From Sphaerodactylus townsendi (Eukaryota): a stretch of 64,000 bases of DNA. Every line of letters starts with the position of its first letter. The first letter of the stretch is position 1. A program made the translations under genes and the position numbers. The notes beneath the pieces were generated by a model, which saw only the letters and a program-made list of their open reading frames with translations, searched no databases and had not been told where the DNA came from. The stretch lies in the NCBI RefSeq assembly GCF_021028975.2, contig NC_059433.1, forward strand, positions 25,668,001 to 25,732,000, written 5' to 3'. Below, piece after piece: positions 51,520 through 63,979 of this stretch.

Positions 51520-52260
51520 ACCTTGGGACGAGCCGGCCAGAATTAGAGAGAAAAACCAAGGGTAGCTGCTGGTTGCAGTTCCTGCTCTTGCCTGGAGTTC
51601 CCAGCGCTTCTCACCCCGGTCCGGCGCTGCAGTCTCCTCCCTCCTCCTCCTCCTCCCGGCAAGCAGAGGAAGCCAGAAGCTGGCTACACTGTCTCCTCCC
51701 CTTGTTCCACACGTTACGCGCTGAGGACAGCGGAAGCAGCTGTCGGGGGGGGGCGGAGGGCAGGGGGACGGGGAAGCCTGCATGGTGCTGGTGGCGAGCC
51801 CGGAGGTGCGTGAGTCCGGTGGCTGGTTTGTTTTCCGGGGGACGGCTGGAGAAGCCAGAGCGTATTGCCAAAGCAGTCTTTTGCCTCTGTTTGCACAAGC
51901 CAAAGAGCGTCGCTTTCCTGGCTGCAACCAGGAATAGTGAGTCGCACAAAGCCACAGGCAGAGCGCCGCTTTCTCCCCTCCGGGTGGGTCTGGCTGGGGA
52001 AAAGGGGGGGGGGGCGGTCCTTTTTTGCACAGCGTGCATCTGGCGGGTGCGGGTGGAAGGGAGAGTGGCTTTGTAGGAGGAACATGTGGGGAGTTTTGTC
52101 GCTCGGTGGCTGCGTTGGAGCCCGGACCTGCCCACATCTGCGGACCGATAGCCGCGTGCTGCTGAGAAAGCAAAGCGACTTTCTTCTGTCCATGAGGACT
52201 CGCATAATGCACGAGCGCTGAAATGAGGTGTCTCGTTTGGGATCCAGGATAGGGGCAGGC
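51520..52260. promoter_or_regulatory. TPMT/KDM1B bidirectional CpG-island promoter with putative non-coding first exons
   Basis: CpG-rich. Minus-strand donor gtgaga at 51614 (TPMT exon 1) and plus-strand donor gtgcgt/gtgagt at 51806/51810 (KDM1B exon 1). GC box ggggcgg at ~51750. Confidence 0.8.
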
Positions 52261-54619
52261 ACCAGCTCGAGTCCTGCCCTTTGAGAAAGAAGACGCTGAA
52301 TTGGAGAGTTCTAGGAGAACCCGAAGGATGGATTCCCTTCGCTTTTGATACTGTGTAATTCTACGGAGGGATTATTAGACAAATGGGAGCTCATGCGATA
52401 GCCCCTCCCCCCAATGAATTATTTCACAGGGATGTCCTTGTCTGTAGTCTCTTACCTTAAACCCAGTGTTGTAATCTATTGTGTTTTAGAAAGCCCTGAA
52501 AGTGGATGGATTAATCCCATGATTTTGTGTATATTTTTAGGCTTTGGTGTTGCCTCAGAAATTGGAGAATCCATACTTTCTAAAAGGAGGATGTCGCTTT
52601 ATTTGGGACTATTACCCGCTTGCTTACTTTGCAGGCAGATCCTGTGCGGAACTTTTCAGTTCTATTGTTGGCCTTGTGAACTAGTAGATGTCCGCACGGT
52701 TGTCACGTAGACTTGGATGCATTGATTGGAACGAGTCTGTGACAAAAGGCCCCTTTCCTTATGAAGACCTGCTCTCACTGTATATGGTTTCCCTTCCCTG
52801 GTGTTCATTTTAGCAAGTGCTGCTTCAGAATGGCCAGTTACAGACATAATCCAGTAAGCCTTTGTTAGCCACTGGAGCAGTGGCTAAAAACTGGGTCCTC
52901 ATTTTCATTGTGCTTTCCTTTGTTTATATCCTTACAGCTCTGTCTCAAAGTGCTTCGGACGGGCATTCATTCGCTAGCTGAAAACTGGGTGATTTGACTC
53001 CAAGGTGAGGAGAAACCTGCCCTTCCTGCTATTTAAATTATTCACCCTGAAAATATTAATCTTCCTTCCAGCATAACTGCAGCCCAGCCTTTTGGCATTT
53101 GTAGTCTGGGAGAGATAGGATGGAGTTGGAAGTCTGTAGTTATGTGGGATAAAATATATTTTGTATGAATTATTATTCAGTACAGTAAACACACCACACT
53201 GGGAATAAAACTACACTGAATTCCATTTAATTCCAAGAGAGTCACATTGTGGCTTCATAATAAAGAGACAAATGTGTATTCATACATACTGTATAAATTT
53301 GCTCAACAGGGATTCACATTCTCCATAAGCGTTGTGTCATCCACTTAGTATAAATAAACTATATAGGCTTGCTGCATGTGGAATGGGAGTTCTTATCCAA
53401 GGCTCTCCTAATATAAATGCTTGGGTGTGGCCTTCAAATCTGAAACAAGTTGTTTGTTTGTACCTTCTGCAGACTTCAGCTTTCAATGCCTGTTGGAACA
53501 CCCTGGAAATGTTTAGCAATACATATGCTGGGTTCTGAACATGGCATAGGGAGAAAGATGGCCGGCTTGCCATAGATTTAGAAGACGCACTGCAGGTTTT
53601 TAGCTGGTTATTAAGTGCCTCAGTGTTTGAATTCTACTTTACCAGAATCCCTTACAAACAGGCCAACACCAGTATGCTGACTATCAGTCACCATGAAAAT
53701 CAACAGGAATAAGTGGAAACAAGGGGAGAAGTGTAATGAAGAAGTTAGGAGGAGTGAATGGGTTCTTAATAAAGCTGTGGAGGTGCGGTTAAACTACTGC
53801 CAGCTTGTATCTTTTAAACAGAAAAGTTAGCATGGCATCTTTATCCTGGTATCTTGTTGTGCAACTTGAGAATTCTTTCTGTATCTTATTAAGTCTGCCT
53901 GGGACCTCCTCTTCCTTATTTTTACGCTTGCACGTTTAGAGTTGTTTTCATGTTCGTCATTTTTTATTCTTCCCACCCCCTTTTCTTTTATTTCAGTTTG
54001 ACCAAAAATGTCTGGGGAATCTAGAAAGTTCTGATAATTGCTGTAGTAAAAAGCAGCAATAAAAGAATACTTATATTAGGACTTCAGTTGTTTCAGCTAA
54101 ATAAATTAATCAACTGCTTATTTTCAAAATAGTACTTACTGGTACTTACAAAACACTTACACTTTTTTCCACCACTATAGAAATATTTTAATGCTTGTGT
54201 ATATATGTCTGAGCTTCATTTTCTGTTTGCATAAATTTACTGTTGTCTTTTTGTGGGAAAGGGTATATGGAATGCTAATATATGTCTATATGTTTTTATT
54301 GAATTGTTAAAATACTTTATACCTTATTTTAAACACTGCTTTAATATTTTAAAATTTTTTAATGTTTTCTGCCTTGGGGGCCACATTTGGGTGGGAAAGC
54401 AGCAGAGATATTTTTTTAAATAAAAGGATCACCTCAATTTATAAGCAGTGGATCCCTTGGATTTCTTTTCTCTCAAGGCTGCCTTTCTTCTGTTCTTTCT
54501 TCTCTGTGTTGGTGTTCTCTCCTGCTGACAAAAGAGGTTTTTTTGCACTTCATCATTGCAATTTACAAAGTATAACTGTAGAATAGTTTCTTAATTGGCA
54601 CAGCTTGCTTGGAGACTTG

Positions 54620-54759
54620 GGCCCCTTCCGCACATGCAGAATAATGCATTTCAAACTGCTTTCAGTGCTCTTTGAAGTTGTGTGGAATAGCAAAATCCAC
54701 TTGCAAACAGTTGTGAAAGTGGATTGAAAACACATTATTATGCATGTGTGGAAGGGGCG
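54620..54759. mobile_element. PIF/Harbinger-type palindromic MITE
   Basis: Same TIRs, 3-bp TSD ttg. Confidence 0.8.
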
Positions 54760-55087
54760 TTGGAGGTGGTTCTCATTCCTTGTTGGAACAGAAGTCTCAG
54801 TGAAAAGATGAGATAAAGTAATTTGTTGAAATAATTTGTTAAAACAAATAAAATGACTTTGTTGATGGAGTTGCTGTGACAATTAATGGATTATTGTTGA
54901 GTGCTACAGTGTATACTGGAGAAATAATTGTAATTAGAATCTTTGGGATGTGGGGGTTGAGATTGCACAGTTCTGGCTTTGCCTTTTCTGCTCAACATTG
55001 TCAGAAGTGCACACCTCATTCTCTCATTTGTTTCCTTTTCCTGCCCCTTCTTCTGGTAGAGTTTCTAGGTCCTCCCTGGATGCGGGG

Positions 55088-55290
55088 TAGGGTTGCCAGA
55101 TCTAGGTAGGAAACGCCTTCAGATTTAGGAGTGCAGCTTGAAGAGGACAGGAACCTCAGTGATGTCACAATGCCATCGATTCCACCTTCCAAAGCATCCA
55201 TTTTCTCCAGGACCACTGATCTCTGTAGTCCAGATATGAGATGTAATTCTGGGTTATCTCCAGGTCCCACCCAAAGGCTAGCATCCCTAG
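55088..55290. mobile_element. MITE with TAGGGTTGCCA-type TIR (hAT-Blackjack-like); related copies ~20810-21010 and ~44865-45080
   Basis: tagggttgcca...gcatcccta ends. The internal ccattttctccagg-ga-ctga motif is shared among the copies. Confidence 0.5.
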
Positions 55291-55619
55291 TTTCTGGTTG
55301 CCAGTACATTGATCACCAACCAAAGGAGACTCCTAGAATACAATCAGGGGTTGACTGATTGGGAAAGTCATTCCTCATTTTCATAGATCTTTCGCTATTA
55401 TTTATGTCATGTTCCTGTGTACGGCAACCTGAGTTTTCTTTCTTTCTGTCTCCTGCCCAGCTCCGTGCTAGCAACTCTGTGACTGGCCTGCACAATTTAG
55501 GAATGTTAACCATGGACAACTTGGAGAGTTCCTCCCTCCTGCTGTAGGAAGGCTCTTAGGGCAAAATTTGAACTTGGGTAGTGCTCTAAACGTCGCCTTG
55601 ATTTTTACGCTGCAGCACA

Positions 55620-55709
55620 ATGTCTTCTGGGAGGGTCCGAGCAAAGAAAAAAACAGTGACATTGGATCAGTCTCATGACAACCTTCCTTTGAGGAGTTCA
55701 GGGAGGCAG
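55620..55709 (+). CDS. KDM1B: KDM1B/LSD2 first coding exon (MSSGRVRAKKKTVTLDQSHDNLPLRSSGRQ)
   Basis: Matches the recalled LSD2 N-terminus (LPLRSSGRQ). Acceptor tgcag at 55615, donor gtaatt. Confidence 0.92.
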
Positions 55710-57007
55710 GTAATTGAAATAGATCTAAGTATTAAATGAAATGGTGTGTGTACTTAAATGTGAGTGTGTAATAATAAAAAGGGGGCCAATTGGGTTCCAT
55801 CCAAAATATATAGAGAGCATCATCCTAGGCAGACTTAAATCCTTATGAGTCTGTTCAATCAATGGGTTTAGAAGGGTGTAATGATATATGTACATTACGA
55901 TAGTTTGTTGGTGTGTTTAAAAGTTCAATCCAGGCACTAGGTGTTAGTTGTTAGATCCTTTGCGCGTTTCCTTGTAAACAAATTCTGCTGAATTACATTG
56001 AGTTTTTGGCTTGTACTCTTACAGCTCAATTCAGAAAGCGCTGCAGCAAGGGACAGCCCCACCACTGCTCTGCTTCCAGAGGGCTTTCAGGAGGTGCAGG
56101 GGTCCAGCCAAAAAGAAAAACACCCTGGCCACCTGAAAACCCTCCATTGGGCTGAATGGAGTTTTGCCACCCTTTTGGAGTGGTATAACTTCGAGGCCCA
56201 GGTGCAGCGTTCCCAGCTCTAAAGGCCAGATGGAAGGCAGCTACATTGGCTACATGCCCACTGCACCTGTGGGGCTGCTTAAAGTGTGAGAATGCTGACG
56301 CTGCACCCAGCACCATGTTTGGACATCCCAGAGGGCCACAATGTCCTCTCGTCAATGTTTTTCCCCCTTTACTGGGGCAAGTGCCCCAGGGATGGCAAAT
56401 CTACCGGCATGGGCCCGCACCACATCCAGAAACTGATTTGTCGCCCCCCCCCCCCCCACCCCCGGATTGGGCTGTTCGTACCATTGAAGTCAATAGAACT
56501 AGTTTGATTTAAATCGTAGTAATTTAGTTGAACTGGATTGCAGCCCAAGCTATATATTGTCCTTGGATAAAACTGAGTGCATATTTGTTGTTGTTAATGT
56601 GTCCTGTGCTTGCTTGCTCAGACAAGCTAATTTCAGTATACTGGCATAAAATGCAGTCATTTTGAAATGTTTGCTTTTCTGTTAGAAAGCTAGTTATGAA
56701 CCATCCTTTACCTGGCAACTTTTACATATTTCAGTATATATGCCAATAAAGGCTTGTGTTGTTGTACATATTTCAGTATGAACCGTATATGCACACAGCA
56801 CATGTAACTATTTTAGTTTATTTTAAAGATGTGTTCTCCATCCCAAGCTACCTGCAGGAGTAGTTTTGTGTCGGAGTGCTCTCGCCCCATGAGGTGAAAA
56901 CTTCATGCAGCTGTTTTCCTTCACTACTGAGTCACAAAACCTCACAGATAAAGGCTGTGGATCCCTACCTCTGCTATGAATTATTTTACATTGCTGTTTC
57001 TCGTTAG

Positions 57008-57132
57008 GTACGGAGGAAAGCTGCTGATACAGTGGAAGACGATGAAGATTCTTCAGAGAAAAAGTATCGAAAGTGTGAAAAGGCAGGGTGTACGGCAGCC
57101 TGTCCAGTTTGCTTTGCAAGTGCAGCTGAAAG
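57008..57132 (+). CDS. KDM1B: KDM1B coding exon 2 (VRRKAAD...EKKYRKCEKAGCTAACPVCFASAAER)
   Basis: Start of the LSD2 zinc finger. ag/gt boundaries, 125 nt. Confidence 0.96.
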
Positions 57133-57582
57133 GTCTGTGTTTCTCTTGACACCTGTTCCCATCCTTCACCAAAGTGTTGGGAGAGCTTTTTTCCATTTCT
57201 AGTTTATCTCTGGAGAAATTCTCGTGCTGTTTTTTCTCCTAATTTTATGTGCCTGGGCAAAGGGAATTCACTGCTGGTTGGAGCACAGTATATTTTTAGT
57301 TTTGTTTTTAGTGTGTTTTTAGTTTTGTTTTTAAGATGTTTTGTCACGTTGGTATATATTGTTATTACCCGCATTGGGTCATGAGATACCTAGAAGAAAG
57401 GGAGGTATATACATATTTTACTTAAATACACATATGTGTTAAGAGTCAAGAGACTGTCTCAAAATCTCCTGATACTTCCATCCAGTCCTTCATCCTATAT
57501 CCCACAGCCAGCTAGATCCCTACAAGACCCCTACATAGGGGTCAGACCTTCCCTATTGTTGTCTCCCAGCAACTGACATTCA

Positions 57583-57869
57583 AGAAGAGAAGAAGAGTTG
57601 GAATTTACACTCTGCCTTTCTCTCCTGTAAGGTGTCTCAAAGCTCTTTCCCTTCCTCTCCCCACAACAGATACCACATGAGATCGGTGGGGCTGAGAGAG
57701 TACTGAACTCTCACTGACTAGCCCAAGGTTACCCAGAAGGCTCCATGTAGTGGAGAAACAAATTCAGCTCACCAGATAAGAGTCTGCTGCTCATGTGGAG
57801 GAGTGGTGAATCAAACCCGCTTCTCCAGATTGGAGTCCAATGCTCTTAACCATTATACTGCACTGGCTC
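57583..57869 (-). mobile_element. Squam3-like SINE
   Basis: Full-length antisense copy of the same family. Confidence 0.8.
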
Positions 57870-59177
57870 TTCAGAGGTATCCTGTCTCTGAACATTGATG
57901 TGCTCTCAATGAGTTTGTCTAATTTCCTTTTAAAGTCACATAAAGTAGTGATCAGTACAAATCCCACACTGGGTCATGAGATACCCAGAAGAAAGATTAA
58001 TTAAATGAGTATTTGTAGGAAGAATCGAGACCTCCTTCTTCCATTTCTTTCCACTTCCTGTGGCTGGGAACAGGGATCTTCAATCGTATTGTTCCTGTGG
58101 GCACCTGTAGGAATTCTGTCAGAGGCCAGTGTGCATGATCACAAAATGGCTACCATGGGAGGTGGGGCCAACTACAGACTCTCAGTGAACAATCTTTAAT
58201 ATAATTATGCAATATTTCAGGCAAAGCCAGTCAGAAACCCTGCTGGGAAAAATCCCCACGGGCCCTCCCCATTTACTACAAGCATTTGGCCGGCACCAGG
58301 AAAAGTGCTGATAGGTGCTACAGCACCCATGGGTACAATATTGTGTGTGTGGTGGGGGTTAACCTAGGAAATATCCAGATTTGTGTTTACAGTTACTCTG
58401 ATAACTGACAAATTACATTTCTAAACTTCCTTCCCTCAGGAATTAGTAAATACAGAACCATGGAGGAGAAACTATAGGTGGAGTAACTGTTTTCTTTGTG
58501 ACAATGCCTACGCGTTAAGCAAAAGAGGCCTTTCTTGGCTTGAATCTCCTTGTTCAGTTTTTAATCTGCCTTGTTCTGAAGCTCTGTGCTCTATTTTCTA
58601 CACATGCTGTTTGAGGAGACCCTACTGTTCTTTGTGAAAATGTACACACTTAGCTCATTGGGTGACTATGTCAGTCCAGTGTTGTGGCTGTTTCATGCAA
58701 TTATGTGCTGTCCAATAATGGAAGGGTTCTATGGTTGCTCAAACAAAGGCATTTTTTAATGACAGAATTAGAGTACAGTTGCCAACAGCTTATAACAATC
58801 AGGCTGACTTTCATGCATTCCCTTCAATTTGCTTCTTCCCACAACTCCCAATTCCTGCCTCAAAATCCTGTGGAAAGTGACTCCGTAGTAATACATTCAA
58901 GAGCACTTTTGTTGTTGTTCCAAAGCCTGTGTGCTCAAAGAGATACAAATATGCTGAAAGTATGCTGGAAGCACAGAAAACCTTTTAAAAATGTGATACT
59001 AGATGCAGAGCTCAGCTTCCATTTTAAAAGGGAGAGACTTTCTAGTCCTCATGATTATAAAGAGCACAAACAATAGTACTGACTGAAATCTAAGAGCCCA
59101 GCATTCCTTGTTTTTAAGGGTCTAAGCTTCAATGACCTGAATTGTACTTTCCACTTCCTAAAATGGAAGATATTATG

Positions 59178-59552
59178 CAGTGGTGGGATCCAAAAATTTT
59201 AGTAACAGGTTCCCATGGTGCTGGGATTCAAACTGTGGCGTAGCGCCAATGGGGCTGGGCGGGGCACGACAGGGACGTAGTCAGGCATTCTTGGGTGGGG
59301 CTGTGGCAAGGACTCAGCCACTGCGCCGGTCCTTGGGCGGGAAACGAATGCACGCAGGCGCAGGCTGCCACGCACGCCGGTGCACCTCCTGCTAGACTGC
59401 TTCAAGTTCTGCGCACTACTGCTGAGAGGAGGGCATAACTCAGGCAAAAATCACGTGACAAAATCACCAATTAGTAACCCCCTCTCGGCACACACAAATA
59501 ATTAGTAACCTACTCTCGGGAACCTGTGAGAACCTGCTGGATCCCACCTCTG
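59178..59552. mobile_element. hAT non-autonomous element
   Basis: TIRs cagtggtgggatcca / tggatcccacctctg, 8-bp TSD atattatg. Confidence 0.88.
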
Positions 59553-59689
59553 ATATTATGCAAAGCAATGTCAGTTTACAAACAGGACAAATTTGCTTAA
59601 TATATACTGGTTACAGAGTTGAGATGTTGTTGTTTTTGGGATGGAGTATACTCTGAGTATCGGTTTTTTAAAATATCTGGAAAAGGAGT

Positions 59690-59945
59690 AGAAAAGGGAA
59701 AGCAATTTTACAAAAAGTTGAAATAGCTACCCTATGAAGAAAGGCTGAAGTGTTTGATAATTTTCAGTTTAGAGTAAAAACTAAGCATTGATTTGATAGA
59801 GGTTTGTAAAATAGTACATGAAAATGAACAAATATTCTTTCTCTCCTAAAATATTATAGCTTAGGGTACCCAATAAAGTTGATGAGCAGTAGGTTTATAG
59901 CAGACCAAAGAAAGTATGTCCTCACACACAATGCATAGTTAAAGT
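59690..59945 (+). mobile_element. CR1 LINE 3' fragment (old)
   Basis: ccctatgaagaaaggctgaag...ttttcagtttagag reads PYEERLK..FSLE, typical of the CR1 ORF2 C-terminus. Confidence 0.6.
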
Positions 59946-60360
59946 GTGGTCCTTCGGTGGCAGCCATTTTATGATCATTCAACCAACCTCTGTCATAATT
60001 CCAAAGGTGCCTGCAGGATCAAAAAGATTGAAGATCCATGTTCCAGTTTCTTAGCCAGGAAAAGCATTAAGTAGAAATAGAACTGGTTTTAGCCAACACT
60101 GAAAATAGCATTGAGTTTGGGCTGTGGATCTGTTCCTGGTCCAAGGCATTCATCCGCCCAGAAACGCGGGCATCAGCAAAAATGCCATTATTAATGGAAC
60201 AGATCTGTAGGATCCATTATATCCTTTCAAGGCATTTGTTGCTCCTCTGTTTAGTTTAGGGTTTAGTATACGTAAGTGGAAGTGCTTCACAGAAAGCTTA
60301 AATAGACAGCTTTTTATAAAAGCACATAAATCTGTAACATTTGGTTTTCATGCGTTTCAG

Positions 60361-60450
60361 ATGTGCTAAAAATGGCTACACGTCAAGATGGTACCATCTC
60401 TCCTGTGGGGAGCATTTCTGCAATGAATGTTTTGATCATTATTATAGAAG
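60361..60450 (+). CDS. KDM1B: KDM1B coding exon 3 (CAKNGYTSRWYHLSCGEHFCNECFDHYYR)
   Basis: LSD2 zinc-finger sequence. ag/gt boundaries, 90 nt. Confidence 0.97.
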
Positions 60451-61142
60451 GTAACTTTAAGCTTTCTGAAGCGATGACTTGGGTTTGCTGTTTAAACCTA
60501 ATCTGTTTAAAGCAAGAAGATATTTAAGATTTGGGCTGTTTCTGTTCAATACAAATACTGTTATACGTTGCTATTTCTACTTGATTGTGTTTTGAAATGT
60601 GGCTGAAAATAACCGTGCTGCGTTAACACTGAATCTACTGAAACTCGCCGATAGCGGGCTGGATCCCACAGGGAGAAGAGCTTCCATCAGGACAGCATGA
60701 CTTCCTCTGCAATATTATTCACTGGGGTTCCTTCTGCCAGCAAGAACATGCCATGGGATTCAAGCCAGTGGCTGAAAATCAACACTGGTGCTTATTTCTA
60801 AAAGATGCCACAATAAAGGAATAAGCTGTATCACAATGATACAAAAACACCTCCCTTTTTTTGAAGCAATAGTGGTAAAACACAAGAAATGATTAATATT
60901 AATAATCTGTATATTCTTTGCTAAATATCTACTGGATGCTTATAAAAAGAAGATAGCTGTGCACAGTTAAAGTATGGCCCATCAATGGCAGCCGTTTTAT
61001 GATCATTCAACCAACCTCTGTCATAATTTCAAAGTCATTACTGCTGCAATTACTTTAATGGGCATTTATACCATTTTGAACTGTGGAACACTATTACAAA
61101 ATGCTGTTGACTAAAAAAAAAGTGACACCAGTCAGGATCTTG

Positions 61143-61672
61143 GGCCCTTTCCACACGGGCACTGAATGGGAGTGCATCAGCATAAATTAGCACCCCCCCC
61201 GGACCGTTCGCACAGATGGTCCCCATAGGGGTGCAGGGGAAGGTGCAGCCTTCACACAGGCTGCACCTTCCTCCACCGGCTTACCTGTTCCTGCTGGCTC
61301 CTGTCGCGCTGTGGAGGCCAGGGGACACGCCCCCTGGTCAGAGCGACGGCTCTGGAGACGAAGGCCAGGGGGGCGTGTCCCCTGGCCTCCACAGCGCGAC
61401 GGGAGCCAGCAGGAGAAGGTAAGCCTGTCGGGGAAGGCAGGAGGGAAACTCCACCTTCCAGCCGCTGCTGTTCGCACGGCAGCAGCTGGAAGGCGCCCCT
61501 TTTGAAAAGCCTTGCTTGTGGAGCGAGGTTCAAAAGGGGCGTTTCCATGCCGCCTGGGTGTCGCGAGCACGGCGCTGCTGCATTGCAGCAGTGGCTGCTG
61601 TGCGAACACCTCCCCAGGGGTGGTGCTTTTGCCATCCCTGGGATGCTCTATTCCGCCTGTGTGGAAAGGGCC
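61143..61672. mobile_element. Long GC-rich Harbinger-type MITE with an internal hairpin
   Basis: TIRs ggccctttccacac / gtgtggaaagggcc. Inverted arms of ~60 bp at 61280-61340 / 61362-61423. Confidence 0.8.
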
Positions 61673-62049
61673 TTAGTTTCTTCTTGAAGCATGAACTATT
61701 TTGTGAAAAACTTGTTGATGTAGATGGTAGATATTCAAACAGGGAAATCCTGTTGTAAATAAGGGTCTCCATAATCAGGGAATCATGCAAATACATTCCT
61801 GAATTAATCATAGGATGAGTATGCATTACTTCTACTTTGGGAATTCTGAGTTGGCACAGTTATCAGAAGGAACAAGGTAAAAAAACAAACACAATAATAT
61901 TGTTAACTTCTGCACTTACTTGGAAAAATCAAGCCTGTTGTCTTTCATGTCTGTTTCTTGTTCTTAGCATTTCATGTCTGGAAGTTTTAAAATACTGTAC
62001 TGGCCCTTCTGTTAGTTTTATTTACCACTGATTCCGTCATTTCTCCTAG

Positions 62050-62161
62050 TCATAAAGATGGCTATGAAAAATACACTGCCTGGAAACGGATTTGGACCAG
62101 TAATGGGAAAAGCGAACCTAGTCCTAAAGCGTTTATGGCTGACCAGCAGCTCCCTTATTGG
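62050..62161 (+). CDS. KDM1B: KDM1B coding exon 4 (SHKDGYEKYTAWKRIWTSNGKSEPSPKAFMADQQLPYW); gene continues past the window
   Basis: ag/gtaagg boundaries, 112 nt, leading into the zf-CW domain. Confidence 0.97.
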
Positions 62162-62485
62162 GTAAGGGCTTTATTCATAAAGATACCCTGCTGTGAAATA
62201 ATGCACATACAGTTTTGAATCCCCTCCCCCCCCATACATTAACCCCTTCTGAAGGAAGTAGACCTTGCTTTCTTAAGGAGAATATCCAACAGGAGATCAG
62301 GAATGACTTGGAGTGCATTTAATGCTTGAGGATCATTTTCTTTGGGTTGGCATTCTTTGTCTGAATTCCAAGGCTGTTGAACTCAACTGACCTGCTATAA
62401 CTCTGTTTAGGATTGCACTGTAACCTCTTTGTACATCTTGATTACCGCTTCTATGCTTTCAGTCACCAAACTGATTTGAGGCTTA

Positions 62486-62626
62486 GGCTTATTCTGCACG
62501 TGCAGAATAGTGCACTTTCAAACTGCTTTCGGTGCTCTTTGAAGCTGTGTGGAATAGCAAAATCCACTTGCAAACAGTTGTGAAAGTGGTTTGAAAATGC
62601 ATTATTTTGCGTGTGCGGAAGGGGCC
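62486..62626. mobile_element. PIF/Harbinger-type palindromic MITE
   Basis: Same family, 3-bp TSD tta. Confidence 0.8.
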
Positions 62627-63119
62627 TTAGTTAGCAGATAGAGCCCAGTACTGTACCTCTCTGCTGATGAACTATGTCAATTGAGTGGGACTTGTACATC
62701 TCAGATCTTCCTCATCCCCTTTCCCTCTTTCAGGACTGCACTGAATTTTATTTATTGGCAGTTGTTACTGAGATTTTAAATTGTGGCCTTTTATATATGT
62801 GTGTGTGTGTATGTGTGTGTGTGTTAATTGTTTTATTTATACTGTAAGCGGCCTTGAGTTCCACAAGGTAGAAAGACAGCTAAGAAATGCTTTAAATAAA
62901 TATCTCCAACAAGAACTTAGAATTGAGATTCCTCTATTTAATTAGTGACTCAATACTGCTAATACCATTCATTTGAACTACAACAAAATGGACAGGGTGA
63001 CAATTTCAAACAGTGGAAAAGGGGAAACTCGCACCATGTGGTCTTGTGAGATATGTTGTGAGAACGCCAGGAAAGATTCCAAGAACAAACAGTGTTAATT
63101 GGTTTATTTATTTTTATCT

Positions 63120-63183
63120 ATTTATTAGATTGATTTATTAGATTGATTATTAGATTGATTTATTAGATTTATTAGATTGATTA
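63120..63183. repeat. Compound (ATTAG/ATTG/ATTT)n simple repeat
   Basis: Read directly; sits at the L2 tail. Confidence 0.85.
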
Positions 63184-63860
63184 CCCTGCCCTTTCCCAGC
63201 TGGAGCCAGGCTCAGTGTGGCTTATATACATAATTTTTAATATAACAAATCATAAAACTGGTTCACAATAGCAATATTACATAAACCATTAAAACGTTAA
63301 AATACAAATATAATTATCCAATGGTGACTAATTTGATATTCATGGCATACCGCAACACAGCCTAAAGACTATCTATCCCCGTCCCATCATAAATCAGATT
63401 GCTGTTCAATCAGGGAAGGGAGGGTGAATAAAAGCCAGGGGGCCAGCAAGATGTAATAGACCTCAACCAAAGGCCTAGCAGAACATTTCCATTTTGCAGG
63501 CCCAGTGAAACTGATTGAGATTCCTCGGTGCCCTATTATCAGATGGCAAGGAGTTTTGCCAGTCAGGAGCAGCCCTGGTTGAGGCCAGCCAAATGTCTTT
63601 GGGACCAGGGACCACTAGGAGACTTCTGCCAGAGGAATAAAGTGAAGAGATGCGGTCCTGAATATGCAAAGGTCCCAGACCGCTCAAGGCCTTAAAGGTT
63701 AATTCTAAACCTTGAATCTGATCTGGAATTCAACAGGCACCCAGTGCAGGTGGCAGAGCATAGGTGTAATTAAGCTTTCACCTGGACCAGTTGTAGCTTC
63801 TGGAGCAGTCTCAAGGGCAGACCTGTGTAGAGCGAGTTACAGTAATCCAGCCTTGAGGTT
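63183..63860 (-). mobile_element. L2 LINE 3' fragment
   Basis: Minus strand encodes TSRLDYCNS (~63833-63859) and an L2-like C-terminus (GLGP...LLVVP...WQNSLP). Followed by a simple-repeat tail. Confidence 0.75.
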
Positions 63861-63979
63861 TAAAAGGCAGGGAGGGAGCTATCTCTGAGGATTAGGTTAA
63901 AGTGGGAGGTGAGACCAAATCTCCTTAGTGGTAGTTCTTCTTACTATATTGCCTAGATTGGCATCTTGTTCCTCTTGCT

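Noticed and set aside
51403-52262. ORFs of 118-269 aa at the TPMT/KDM1B promoter
   Set aside because: CpG-island artefacts on both strands, with no recognisable domain.
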